Shown here piece after piece: positions 47,344-57,318 of a stretch of 64,000 bases of DNA (the first letter of the stretch is position 1; every line of letters starts with the position of its first letter). The position numbers and the translations under genes are program-made. The notes below the pieces were generated by a model, which had not been told where the DNA came from, ran no database searches, and saw only the letters and a program-made list of their open reading frames with translations. The stretch is from NCBI GenBank assembly GCA_041752695.1, contig JBGSVZ010000035.1, positions 1 to 64,000 on the forward strand, given 5' to 3'. The DNA comes from Terrimicrobiaceae bacterium. GTDB lineage: Bacteria; Verrucomicrobiota; Verrucomicrobiia; Chthoniobacterales; Terrimicrobiaceae.

Positions 47344-47979
47344 TCATTCGCAGGCGACTTTCAACAACTTGGCCAGATCGCCATGAAACAGGTAGTCGCG
47401 GGAGGCAACGACAGCAAGCAGCACACAGCGCTTCCCTTTAGCGGCGTGCATTGCGTGGGGCACTGAGGCGTCGTAATAGACCGCATCCCCCTCGTTGAGC
47501 AGCATTTCCTCCTGCCCGTAAGAAAACTCGCATTTGCCGGTGAGCACGTAGTTAAATTCCTCTCCGGCGTGAAAGCGCAGGGGATGTCGCACTTTCTCCG
47601 GGTTGAGCGTCACGAGGATTGGCTCCATCAGCTTTCCACGTTTGCGAGCCGCCAGAAGTTCCAGCCCGACAGAAATTCGCTTCACAATCCGCTGCTTGCG
47701 TCCACCTCCCGCCCGGCACAACTCCATGGGCAGCCCCGCCTCATCTTCCTCGAAGAACGTTGCCATCGGCACTTTAAGCGCCCGCGCCACCAGATCAAGA
47801 TTGTGGAGCGTGAGCGCGGCCCGGTGATTCTCCACGCGGGAGAGATAAGCGGCCGACAGCCCGCATTGCCCGCCCAGCGCGGCCAACGTCAGCGACTGTT
47901 GGTTCCTGAGACGTCTCATCGTTCCCGAAACCCGCAGGTCGATGGTGGCCAGACGCTGGATTTTGGATTTGGCCTTCAT
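47344..47979 (-). CDS. XRE family transcriptional regulator with cupin domain
   Basis: LRNQQSLTL…GLSAAYLSRVEN HTH and HAGEEFNYVLTG…GDAVYYDASVPH cupin. Start MKAKSK. Confidence 0.92.
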   Translation of the reverse strand: MKAKSKIQRLATIDLRVSGTMRRLRNQQSLTLAALGGQCGLSAAYLSRVENHRAALTLHNLDLVARALKVPMATFFEEDEAGLPMELCRAGGGRKQRIVKRISVGLELLAARKRGKLMEPILVTLNPEKVRHPLRFHAGEEFNYVLTGKCEFSYGQEEMLLNEGDAVYYDASVPHAMHAAKGKRCVLLAVVASRDYLFHGDLAKLLKVACE

Positions 47980-48088
47980 GGGAGCCGAGTGAAAAACCAA
48001 TCCACCCGCCAAGCAAGCCGAGAATCCACAGACAAGTGGCAGTCCATGGATTCATGGGGAAAGGGCATGCTGGGAACAGGAAATCCCA

Positions 48089-49468
48089 TCAAGGCTTTTT
48101 GTCCAGCAAGGCTTCCAACTCTTCAAGAGAGCGTCCTTTGGTTTCAGGAATGAATTTCCAGATGAAGACAAGGGCGATGACGCAGGTTCCCCCGAAAAAC
48201 CAGAAGACTTTGTGCTCGTAGGTCCGCAACAGGAAAGGGAAGAACTGGGAGACCGCGAAGTTGGCAAGCCACAGCAGGAGCACCGTAATGCTGACGGCGT
48301 GGGCCCGCACGCGGTTTGGGAAGATCTCAGCGATCACCGTCCAAACCAGAGGGCCCATGCCAATGGAGAAGCCTGCCACATAGACCAGCACCCAAAGAAG
48401 CATGGTCCCGCCAGCGGCCCCGCCGTCCCCGGAATAGGCCGCTCCGAGCCCGAACAACCCCGTTCCCATGCAAGCAGTGGAGAGCAGGAGCAGTGGTCGA
48501 CGACCGGCCCGATCCGCCAGCAGCAACGTTACCATCGTGAAGCCGAGCATGACCAGGCCGATGATGACCGAGTGGCCAATGGCCGAGGTGGTTTCAATTC
48601 CAGCACTCGTGAATATGCGCGGCGCGTAATACATCACAATGTTAATTCCGGTGATTTGCTGCAGGATGGCAAGGATGGCACCGATCACAAAGATCCGTCG
48701 CACCGGGGGGCGCAGGCAATCGGAAAAATGCCCCGGTTTGTCGGACACAGAGGTGTGGATGTCCGCCAACTGGGCTAGTGAATCGCCTCTCGGGTCGAGA
48801 CGTGCCAAAATCCCTCGCGCCTTGTCTTCAAGCCCTCGCATGACCAGCCAGCGCGGCGATTCAGGTATGCCCAGCAACATCAGGAAAAACAAGGCGGCTG
48901 GCAAGGCTTCGGAGGCGAACATCCAGCGCCATGCGGTAGACACTCGCCACGCTTCATCGCCCACCGCTGCGAGCTTGGCATTGACGATATAGACAACCAC
49001 CATGCCGATCAGGATGGCGATTTGGTTAAGTGTCGTCAGCGCGCCACGCATTCGCGCGGGCGAAATTTCCGATATATAAACTGGTGAGAGCATGGAGGCG
49101 GCACCAACGCCCAGACCGCCCAGAATCCGCGCAGCGGCCAATTCGCCCGCGCCGGAGGCCAGTCCTGACCAGACTGCAGAGGCAAAAAACAGCACCGCGC
49201 ACACCAGCAGTGATACCTTGCGTCCCAGAGCATCGCCCATCCAGCCCGCCGCCCCGGCTCCTGCCACGCTGCCAAGCAGGGCACTGGATACCGTCCACCC
49301 AAGCTCGAGATCCGAGAGTTGAAAGCGGGTCTGCAAGAAATCCACTGTGCCGGCAATGACGGCTGTGTCGTAACCAAAAAGCAACCCACCCAGCGCGGCA
49401 ACCGCGCTGGCGTAAAGGACGAAACCAATGCTGTGTCTGGAGGAAGAACTGGGGGGCATGGAACTCAT
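48089..49468 (-). CDS. Sugar porter family MFS transporter
   Basis: LGGLLFGYDTAVI, DALGRK, PVYISEISP, PESPRWL, QQITGIN and PETKGRSLEE. Confidence 0.96.
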   Translation of the reverse strand: MSSMPPSSSSRHSIGFVLYASAVAALGGLLFGYDTAVIAGTVDFLQTRFQLSDLELGWTVSSALLGSVAGAGAAGWMGDALGRKVSLLVCAVLFFASAVWSGLASGAGELAAARILGGLGVGAASMLSPVYISEISPARMRGALTTLNQIAILIGMVVVYIVNAKLAAVGDEAWRVSTAWRWMFASEALPAALFFLMLLGIPESPRWLVMRGLEDKARGILARLDPRGDSLAQLADIHTSVSDKPGHFSDCLRPPVRRIFVIGAILAILQQITGINIVMYYAPRIFTSAGIETTSAIGHSVIIGLVMLGFTMVTLLLADRAGRRPLLLLSTACMGTGLFGLGAAYSGDGGAAGGTMLLWVLVYVAGFSIGMGPLVWTVIAEIFPNRVRAHAVSITVLLLWLANFAVSQFFPFLLRTYEHKVFWFFGGTCVIALVFIWKFIPETKGRSLEELEALLDKKP

Positions 49469-49564
49469 TTCTCGATCTAAGCCTACAATGGAATTCCGAT
49501 GTCAAGCACAGAAGTTATTGTAATAATTCTCGTTAAATCACTTTCGGGCTTCGAACGACCGTTA

Positions 49565-49813
49565 AGCTTAAACCGGTTTCTGGACGAGTTTTCGAACGTG
49601 GAAATCTCTGGCAGCAAGGTGGAGGCAAAAGCGCTCAGCAAGGAACAACGCGAGAAATATGACCTTCACCGTCCGCACTCTTAACCTGGGGACCAAACTC
49701 CGGCGGAGTTTGCGCAGCGATGCTTTACTTGGTTACGGACTAATCCGCTCCGGCACTTAAAGTTCCGGCAACTAAACTCGCCGAAGCGAACATAGTGCTT
49801 ATAGGGAGAGAAC
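49565..49813 (+). pseudogene. IS3-family transposase C-terminal relic
   Basis: SLNRFLDEFSNVEISGSKVEAK…REKYDLHRPHS*PGDQTPAEFAQRC matches the IS3 OrfB end (…DE.LN.E.F…YN..RPHSSLG..TP.EF) with an in-frame stop. A possible decayed right end terminates in CA at about 49813. Confidence 0.75.
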
Positions 49814-49834
49814 ATATATATTTTGCTATAATTT

Positions 49835-52800
49835 CTAAGGTTTGGGACGGGCGATCTCCGCTCGCAACTGAGCAGCGAGGCCGGGGTCAGCGCACTCTAT
49901 CTGAGCCATGAAGTGGTTACTGGGGTTGACCAGCTTCACGAGGAAATGATTCCAGCCTTTGCGCAGAGACACGCGGCTGACCTCGGATTTTCCTGGTTGG
50001 CGAGGATTCACACCGCGATCCTCGTGAATGAGCGCTCCGTTCAGCCAAAATTCCCCTCCTGCCTCGCAGCCGACGATAAGATCGACTTTTGCCTCGAGAC
50101 CCACATCCAGCAGATCATCCGACCTCGGGCTAAACAGCCAGAAGCTGGCATAGACCACCTGGTTATCGGCACCTGCATCGGCAGATGGCGAATCCAAGTT
50201 GAAGCGTCCCTCCGCGTTAGCTGTCACTTCACGCCAGACGTGGTCACCGTGCTTTTCCCCAACCTGCGGCGCAATGGTGGTCTCCCCGCCCGCCAAGTCT
50301 TTATCGAAGGCCTCTTCAAGGCTGGTGGCCTGGAGCGGGCCAAGAACGAGCGCCCTGGTGAGACGGCCCTTGGTATCCAATAGACCGGCAGTCACCGGCT
50401 TTGGTTCAGACAGGTGAATGCCGAGTCCAATCAGGAGGGCGCGGAAAAACTCTTGATGCGTGGGCGTCGGTGCCACCGATTCGATGCTGCTGACGACGAG
50501 CCGCCCGCCTCCGGTGCCAAATTCGACGAGGGCCGCGCCGGGAGGTTTGGCTTCGCGTTCCGAACGAGTCGCCGCAGCGTTCTTCAGCTGTTCCAAAGCA
50601 TTTCGCCAAGTCTGCCAATTGAGATTTGTGGGGCGAAGAATTACCTGGCCCCGCTCTACCAACGGGCCTTGCAAAACATACTGTATTACATCCCGAGCCT
50701 CGCTGACCTCACTGAAATAGCAGCGGCTGGGCGACAACGTGTCCGCCAGCGGATGACCTCTGGCAGGCAGCAGCGAACTAGCCGATCGCGCGACCGCTTG
50801 CAACGGGAGCGGCAACAGCGCATTAGCCGCGTTCAAGGTTTTGGGATTTATGCCCCACACCAGCACGGTGCCACCGGCCTTGAGGGTTTCATCGATCTGC
50901 GTTTTGGCCGTCGGACTGGCGTCCGCGAGTGATTCCAGATCGACAACCATCACGGGCGCGACCGCGTTTGCAGCAACCCAAGGCACCCCAGCCTGATTCA
51001 ACGTCTGGAACAGTGTCGACGACCGGTCGCCGAGGAACGCGACGGCAGTTACGTTTCCGGTGTTGGCCAGTGGCGTCGGCGGTCCGGGGTTGATTTCTGC
51101 CTCCGGATTTTCAAAAAGCCGGCGCGAAAACTGGGCCGGACGGTTCGTGGCGTAGGCATCGCGGGCCGCATCAAAGACCGGGGTGGGCTGATATAGGGGC
51201 AGACTCGGGTCGTAACCCGGATTGAGCATGGTGATATACGGCCCGAGGCGTTCCGGTTGGGTTCCCGGCTGGCCTTCTACAAAAGGGGAGGTGAAGTGGA
51301 CGCCGTCACTCAACTCTGGAGGCCGGGTCAGGTCGCGCAGACCAAACGGCAGCGGCCAGCAGCCGTGGTAGGTCACATTATACACGGAAATGGCACTGAT
51401 ATTTGGGAATGGCTTTATTTGCTTTTCGACCAATTCATCCCATACCGCGAACGCCAACCCTTCAGCGCGACCTTGCCAGCTTTCATACGCCCGCCCGCCA
51501 TTCCATTCACTGACCTGCAGAGGCGTACCACACCAGAGATAGGTGGACTCGGTTACGCCCCACGGCTTCCCCACTTGCTCATGGGCGCGATAATGATCCA
51601 CCCCGGGTCCGTAGTGCGCCGTGGCGACCGGAAAACGTCCGCCCCAATCGCTGTCGCCGTCAGCCGCAATCCATGGGCGGGACGGGTCCAGTCGCCGGAC
51701 GCTTTCGACAAGTGGAATGAAATTGTCACCGACCTGGTCGAATACTTTCTGATCGCCGGTCTTAACCTTAAGAGCTGCGAGGGTCTCATTTTCCAAGCTC
51801 CAGCCACAGAGGCTTGCGTAGTTGCGGTCGCGACGGACAAGCCTGGCGGTATGATCCGCGTAGCGTTCCCATGTGACGGGAAGCTCAAGATTTAGATTTG
51901 CGCTACTCCCGTAAATAGCCGTTTCGTCGTGAACCAGAATTCCCATTTCATCCGCAAGATCCAAGTAGAATCGCGGATGGGGAAACGCATGGAGACGGAC
52001 GGTATTTACATTACAGTCTTTAAGCATCTTATACCACGCCCACGCGTGCCGGGGGGTCATGTGTGCGATCCCAAAGAAGTGACAGAGCTCGGCATTCATC
52101 CGCAGCGGTTCACCATTGAGGGTAAACTTTTGATCCTTGGAACCAAACTGCCGCCAGCCAAACCGGGTGATACTTCGATCAAGGACTTTATCGCCTGACT
52201 TTACCTCCACCAGCAGACCATAAAGATTCGGCTGGGCCGGGGTCCATTTCTTCAATTCGTCATGCACCGGAAGCGTCAGACGCGTCAGGTTGGATTTGCC
52301 TGCTTCAATGAGAACTGGCGGCGATGGCGGAAATGAAATCATCGGATCCGAACCGAACCGTCCACGATTTTCTGGTGCCGAGACCACGTTGGTCTCTCCA
52401 GAAGGCAACCATGGGACTACGCGAGCTTCCACGGATACTTCGCCAGGAGCGGAGGCGTCATTGCGCAGTTCGACTTCGACCCTCAATTCATTCGCGTCGA
52501 GCACCGATTGGACGAAGACGTCTGTCACACGAGTCGGTGGCAAAGCTTGTAAATAGACATCCTGCCAAATGCCAAGCATCAACTCACCCCACCACGCGCC
52601 GGCAGGATACGTCAAATAGCCGAGCCGTCCCGGCTGATTGAAAAATCGCATGGCCCGGACGCCGACAAGCAACTCATTCGGCCCTCGTGAGTGAACGGCA
52701 TCAGTAACATCCAGATCGAATGGCAGGAATTTGTCGGAGTTGCGCCCGACGACCTTACCGTTAACTCGCACCTCGCAGTCGCCCGATACCGCCTCAAAGT

Positions 52801-53269
52801 GCAAGATCAATCTTCGGCCTTTCCAATTTTCTGGCACCGTGAACTCTCGCCGCAACCATGCCATCTCCACTTTTTCCCACGACGCGGGGTAACTGGGGAA
52901 ACTTCGATAATCTGCGCTGTCACTCGCACCAAAAGAGTCGAGCGAGTTCATATTCCACGGTGAAGGAATCTTGATCGGAGTGGAGTCCCATGAATCGGCT
53001 TTCGGCTCGCTGAGAGTAGGGGGTATGTCTTTGCCTGCCTGCCACCCGTCGGGAGTCGCTACCGGTTGAAAAGACCATTTCCCGTTAAGGCAAATTTCAT
53101 CGCGAAATGGTTTCTCCTCCGGTTTGATAAGACCCGGTAACGGCGCGAATCGACGGTTGAAAGTTAGCAGTTCGCCCTGTGCTAAATGAGGGACCAAAAG
53201 GAAAAACGCCGAGCAGAGAAGTGCGACGGATTTACATTGAAGTCTGACCACAATGAGGGCGCTTTTCAC
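49835..53269 (-). CDS. Glycoside hydrolase family 2 protein, secreted
   Basis: LNGKWSF, LHFEAV, GIWQDVYL, WTPAQPNLY, NVNTVRLH, DEMGILV and WSLENE (acid/base), plus C-terminal accessory domains. Confidence 0.92.
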   Translation of the reverse strand: MKSALIVVRLQCKSVALLCSAFFLLVPHLAQGELLTFNRRFAPLPGLIKPEEKPFRDEICLNGKWSFQPVATPDGWQAGKDIPPTLSEPKADSWDSTPIKIPSPWNMNSLDSFGASDSADYRSFPSYPASWEKVEMAWLRREFTVPENWKGRRLILHFEAVSGDCEVRVNGKVVGRNSDKFLPFDLDVTDAVHSRGPNELLVGVRAMRFFNQPGRLGYLTYPAGAWWGELMLGIWQDVYLQALPPTRVTDVFVQSVLDANELRVEVELRNDASAPGEVSVEARVVPWLPSGETNVVSAPENRGRFGSDPMISFPPSPPVLIEAGKSNLTRLTLPVHDELKKWTPAQPNLYGLLVEVKSGDKVLDRSITRFGWRQFGSKDQKFTLNGEPLRMNAELCHFFGIAHMTPRHAWAWYKMLKDCNVNTVRLHAFPHPRFYLDLADEMGILVHDETAIYGSSANLNLELPVTWERYADHTARLVRRDRNYASLCGWSLENETLAALKVKTGDQKVFDQVGDNFIPLVESVRRLDPSRPWIAADGDSDWGGRFPVATAHYGPGVDHYRAHEQVGKPWGVTESTYLWCGTPLQVSEWNGGRAYESWQGRAEGLAFAVWDELVEKQIKPFPNISAISVYNVTYHGCWPLPFGLRDLTRPPELSDGVHFTSPFVEGQPGTQPERLGPYITMLNPGYDPSLPLYQPTPVFDAARDAYATNRPAQFSRRLFENPEAEINPGPPTPLANTGNVTAVAFLGDRSSTLFQTLNQAGVPWVAANAVAPVMVVDLESLADASPTAKTQIDETLKAGGTVLVWGINPKTLNAANALLPLPLQAVARSASSLLPARGHPLADTLSPSRCYFSEVSEARDVIQYVLQGPLVERGQVILRPTNLNWQTWRNALEQLKNAAATRSEREAKPPGAALVEFGTGGGRLVVSSIESVAPTPTHQEFFRALLIGLGIHLSEPKPVTAGLLDTKGRLTRALVLGPLQATSLEEAFDKDLAGGETTIAPQVGEKHGDHVWREVTANAEGRFNLDSPSADAGADNQVVYASFWLFSPRSDDLLDVGLEAKVDLIVGCEAGGEFWLNGALIHEDRGVNPRQPGKSEVSRVSLRKGWNHFLVKLVNPSNHFMAQIECADPGLAAQLRAEIARPKP

Positions 53270-53287
53270 CGGTGATTTCTTTATGTC

Positions 53288-55279
53288 TCAGATCACTCGA
53301 TCGTTGCCACCATCGACCGGGACTTGTGCAGCTGTGGTTTTGGCGAAAAGTGGGCCGCACATCTCGGCAGCCAATTCCGCGACATCGCGACTGGTCACCT
53401 CGACTTTCATTACATTATTGGTTTTGTATTCCTCAATGCTTAGGCCGTAGGATTTTGCCCGGGCTGCAAGTATCTCCTCAGTCCACAGCCCGGTGTCGAA
53501 GACGGCGTTGGGGTGAATGGAGTTGATCCGGATACGATCCGCGCCCCATTCCAGCGCGGCCACGCGGGCCAGCTGATTCATTGCGGCCTTTGATGCGGAA
53601 TACGCCGCTGCTCCCGGACCGGGGGCGGGCACGTTTTTTGAGCCAATAACGACGATGCGACCGCCGCGAGGCGAAAGCTTGAGCAGCGGATGAACCTCGC
53701 GCAGTAAGGCGAGATTGGCATCGAGATTGATGCCCATGACTTTGCGCCACGTATCCTGAGCGAGAGATTCAATCGGGCAACCTTTTGGAAATATACCTGC
53801 GTTGAGCACCACCATATCCAAGCCGCCAAAGCTGCGCACGGCCTGCTCCAGAGTTTCCTGAAGGACATCTTCCCGTGTGAGATCGGCAACGAGTCCCAGA
53901 AAATCGGCGCGGTCATGCAAGGTGGCAATCGCGGGATTGATATCCAGTCCAACCACACAAGCTCCTCGTCGCAAAAGGGATTCCACGCAGGCTTTTCCAA
54001 TGCCGGAAGCAGCTCCGGTCACAAGGGCCACCTCTCCCGTGAAGACGGGTGGAGTGCCGCCCTTACGAAGCTTGGCCTGCTCGAGGTCCCAATATTCCAC
54101 GTCGAACACGTCGCCGGCCGGCAGTGCCTGCCAGCCACCGAGGGCTTGCGCTCGCGCAATCACGTCCATCGTGTGCTCGTAGATGTCGCTCACGATCCCG
54201 ACTTCCTTGGCGGTACGACCCACGGAGATGCGCCCCAACTCTGAATCTAGGATCACGCGCGGAGCAGGATCCAGCATGGTTAGAGGCGATTTCGCGCGCG
54301 AAGCATGAGCCTGAAAATAAGCGGCGTAAGCCTCCGCGTAGCGCGCGACATCACGTCCCAACTGGGGGATGCGTTTCGTGCGAATCACATGATCGGGGGT
54401 AGCTGGTCCCTGCTGGGTGATTTCCGACAGGTCCTCGCGACCGACGAAGGCCATGCTGCGGGCATCCCGATGCGTAGTCAGCAGAACCGGCGCACCGACC
54501 ACGCCTGAGACCTCGGCCCGTAGCTTTGCCAGCGTAAAGCGCAGGGATTCCGCCCCGTCGGTGATTGGAGCGAAGGGGATCTGCCAGGCCTGATTATGGC
54601 GCAGGGAGTCCTCCGCAAAGCGCACGAGCGCGATCATCCGTTCGTAAGACTCGCGCGCGGTGTCGCCAAAAGAAAAAAGCCCGTGGTGCTCGAGCGCCAT
54701 GCCAATCGTATGGCCTGGTCGATGCTCCCGGGGGAATATCTGAGCGCAAAGCTGCGAGAGATCGAACCCTGGCATGATGTATGGAATGTAAATCAAGGTG
54801 TCGCCGTAGATACTCTTGAGACGGTCGAGACCGTTGCAGGTATTCGTGATAGAGACAAAAGCGTCCGAGTGTGTGTGATCCACATATTTGTACGGGAGCA
54901 ACGCGTGGAGGATGGTTTCCACGGAGGGAGCGGGCGCCGAGGCCTGCGTCATATGAGTGAGGAGCTCATTGCTCATCTGCGAGTCGGTCATCCCGCGTAG
55001 TTCCGCCAGCCGCAGCAGATACGAAAGATGCACAGGCGCAAACCCTGCCTCCTGGATGGTTTCGAGATCCCATCCACTGCCCTTCACGTATAGCAACTCT
55101 TCTTTTTCGCCAAAGAGGTTGGTCTCGGAGATCTTGACCGAGGTGTTCCCGCCGCCATGGAGGACAAGGGATCGGTCGCGACCGAGTAGACGGGAGGTAT
55201 AAACGCGGAGGCCAAGATCCCCGACATACTGCGCGGCTTCCTCGTCACTCCACAGGCTTTCTATAGGAGGCTGATTCAT
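53288..55279 (-). CDS. Bifunctional class II aldolase / short-chain dehydrogenase (rhamnulose-1-phosphate aldolase-SDR fusion family)
   Basis: LVLHGGGNTSVK, PSVETILH, HTHSD, TGAASGIG and YSASK. Start MNQPP at 55279. Confidence 0.92.
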   Translation of the reverse strand: MNQPPIESLWSDEEAAQYVGDLGLRVYTSRLLGRDRSLVLHGGGNTSVKISETNLFGEKEELLYVKGSGWDLETIQEAGFAPVHLSYLLRLAELRGMTDSQMSNELLTHMTQASAPAPSVETILHALLPYKYVDHTHSDAFVSITNTCNGLDRLKSIYGDTLIYIPYIMPGFDLSQLCAQIFPREHRPGHTIGMALEHHGLFSFGDTARESYERMIALVRFAEDSLRHNQAWQIPFAPITDGAESLRFTLAKLRAEVSGVVGAPVLLTTHRDARSMAFVGREDLSEITQQGPATPDHVIRTKRIPQLGRDVARYAEAYAAYFQAHASRAKSPLTMLDPAPRVILDSELGRISVGRTAKEVGIVSDIYEHTMDVIARAQALGGWQALPAGDVFDVEYWDLEQAKLRKGGTPPVFTGEVALVTGAASGIGKACVESLLRRGACVVGLDINPAIATLHDRADFLGLVADLTREDVLQETLEQAVRSFGGLDMVVLNAGIFPKGCPIESLAQDTWRKVMGINLDANLALLREVHPLLKLSPRGGRIVVIGSKNVPAPGPGAAAYSASKAAMNQLARVAALEWGADRIRINSIHPNAVFDTGLWTEEILAARAKSYGLSIEEYKTNNVMKVEVTSRDVAELAAEMCGPLFAKTTAAQVPVDGGNDRVI

Positions 55280-55289
55280 GGTAGGACTG

Positions 55290-56303
55290 CTAGCCAAGGA
55301 CACTTCTGACTCCGGCGATGATTCTCGGCACATCAGGGCGATAGGCATTTTCCAAGACCGGGGTGAAAGGCACGGGCACATCGGGCGAGGCCACCCGGAC
55401 GACCGGCGCTTGGAGAAACTCCCCGCAATGTTCCATTATGCCAGCGGCGATCTCCGCACTCACACCGCCAGTTTTTGGACCTTCCTCGACAATCACCACC
55501 CGGCCGGTTTTCTTAATCGACGCGCCTATAGTCGCATAGTCGATCGGCGATAGACTGCGTACGTCGATGACTTCAGCGGACACGCCCTCGCCCGCCAAGC
55601 TCTCGGCCGCCAGGAGATTAAAATGGTGCATAAGCAACCAACCGAGCAACGTTACGTCAGTGCCTTCACGATACACCTTAGCCGTATCGAGCGGCACCAC
55701 GTAGTCCTCCTCGGGGATTTCCGAGCCGGCGTCCACAGCTCCCGGCTCCCTGCGCGCACCCTTCGATCCATAGAGCAGCTTATGCTCGAAAATCAAAACC
55801 GGATTATCGTCGCGCACCGCGCTCTTAAGGATGCCCTTCGCGTCGTAGGCATTCGAAACCGCCACAACCTTAAGTCCGGGTACTCCGGTGAAATAACGCT
55901 CCATGCTTTGGGCGTGCTGCGAGCCCCGGCCCGTCGCCCCGATGGGAGCGCGCATGACGAGCGGCACCTTGCAGGTGCCTCCCGACATGTAGCGCATCTT
56001 TGAGGCGTTATTAATGATTTGATCACTGGCGAGAAACAAAAAATCGCCATACTGCACGTCGGCAATTGGACGCATACCCATCATCGCCGCACCGACGGCC
56101 ATGCCGAAGAAGCCGAGCTCCGCGATTGGAGTATCAATCATACGGTCCGGAAATTTTTGTTCCAACCCAAGAGTGACTGTGAAGGCTCCGCCCCAGCCGC
56201 CGGGAACCGCGATATCTTCACCGATGCAAAAGACAGTCTCGTCGCGTTTCATTTCTTCTGCGATCGCGTCCCGCAGGGCTTCTGCTATGCCTTGTATTTT
56301 CAT
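55290..56303 (-). CDS. 2-oxoacid/acetoin dehydrogenase E1 beta subunit
   Basis: GEDI, DTPIAELGF, QHAQS and DDNPVLIFEHKLLY. Confidence 0.93.
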   Translation of the reverse strand: MKIQGIAEALRDAIAEEMKRDETVFCIGEDIAVPGGWGGAFTVTLGLEQKFPDRMIDTPIAELGFFGMAVGAAMMGMRPIADVQYGDFLFLASDQIINNASKMRYMSGGTCKVPLVMRAPIGATGRGSQHAQSMERYFTGVPGLKVVAVSNAYDAKGILKSAVRDDNPVLIFEHKLLYGSKGARREPGAVDAGSEIPEEDYVVPLDTAKVYREGTDVTLLGWLLMHHFNLLAAESLAGEGVSAEVIDVRSLSPIDYATIGASIKKTGRVVIVEEGPKTGGVSAEIAAGIMEHCGEFLQAPVVRVASPDVPVPFTPVLENAYRPDVPRIIAGVRSVLG

Positions 56304-56328
56304 GAATGAGTAAATCTAGATCTTGTTA

Positions 56329-57318
56329 TTAAGCGAAAACGTCAGTCAGGAGGTCTGCTGCGCTAGGTTGAGGAGCCTGTTGCGCCACTTCAATAGCGAC
56401 CGTGAGTTCGTCATCAACGGAAGACTTGAGGGCGTCGAGATCGGCCCGTTCAATGTCTTTGCGGGTGAGGAGGACTTCCGCGAAACGTTCGATCGGATCC
56501 CGCATGAACCAGGCTTCGCGTTCATCCTTTGGCTGATAGTGGCAGGGATCGCGACGGGAGTGCCCTGTACGCCGGTAAGTAAGCAACTCTAAGAGCACCG
56601 GACCACCACCATTCCTGCACTCGGCCACGGCTTTGCGCGCTGCCTCCAGCACGGCTAGAACATCATTGCCGTCCACCGTCTCACCACGAAATCCGTAGGA
56701 CGCCGCCCGATCGGAAACTCTCGTATTCTTCATGACTTTGCCGATGTGGGTTGACGCTCCATACAGATTATTCTCGCACACGAATAAGGCGGGTAAATTC
56801 CAGATAGACGCCATATTTACGCCTTCATGAAAGGCACCCTCCGCCACTGCGCCATCACCAAAGAAGCAAACGGCTATCTGGCGAGTTTTCTTCATCTTGA
56901 AAGCAAGAGCCATACCCGCCGCGAGTGGAATGCCTCCTCCTACAATCGCGATGGCTGGAATCATGCCTTTTTCCATGTTACCCATGTGCATGGAACCGCC
57001 CTTACCTTTGCAGCAACCAGTGCTGGCGCCAAAAAGCTCATCCAGCATTTCCTGAACTCCGAGGCCTTTTGCTAAGGCATGCCCGTGACCACGGAAAGTC
57101 GAGACGATAAAATCCTCGAGGTCTAAAGCAGCGCAGACGCCGGTGGCCGTGGCCTCCTGTCCCTGACACTGGTGAATCGTACCGGGCATGGTGCCCTCAA
57201 GGAAAAGAAACTTTACGCGCTCTTCGAATTCGCGGATCAGCACGAGGCGGCGGTAAAGGTCCAGAATAAATCCGCGCTCATAGGCAGAGGGATCGGGTGA
57301 GGTGGTGGTAGTGCTCAT
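56329..57318 (-). CDS. TPP-dependent 2-oxoacid/acetoin dehydrogenase E1 alpha subunit
   Basis: GQEA, RGHGH, GKGGSMH, GDGA…ENN TPP motif and GHS. Confidence 0.93.
   Translation of the reverse strand: MSTTTTSPDPSAYERGFILDLYRRLVLIREFEERVKFLFLEGTMPGTIHQCQGQEATATGVCAALDLEDFIVSTFRGHGHALAKGLGVQEMLDELFGASTGCCKGKGGSMHMGNMEKGMIPAIAIVGGGIPLAAGMALAFKMKKTRQIAVCFFGDGAVAEGAFHEGVNMASIWNLPALFVCENNLYGASTHIGKVMKNTRVSDRAASYGFRGETVDGNDVLAVLEAARKAVAECRNGGGPVLLELLTYRRTGHSRRDPCHYQPKDEREAWFMRDPIERFAEVLLTRKDIERADLDALKSSVDDELTVAIEVAQQAPQPSAADLLTDVFA

Noticed and set aside
49499..49684. 61-aa ORF as a real small protein
   Set aside because: Better explained as part of an IS3 transposase relic, since the similarity continues past its stop codon.
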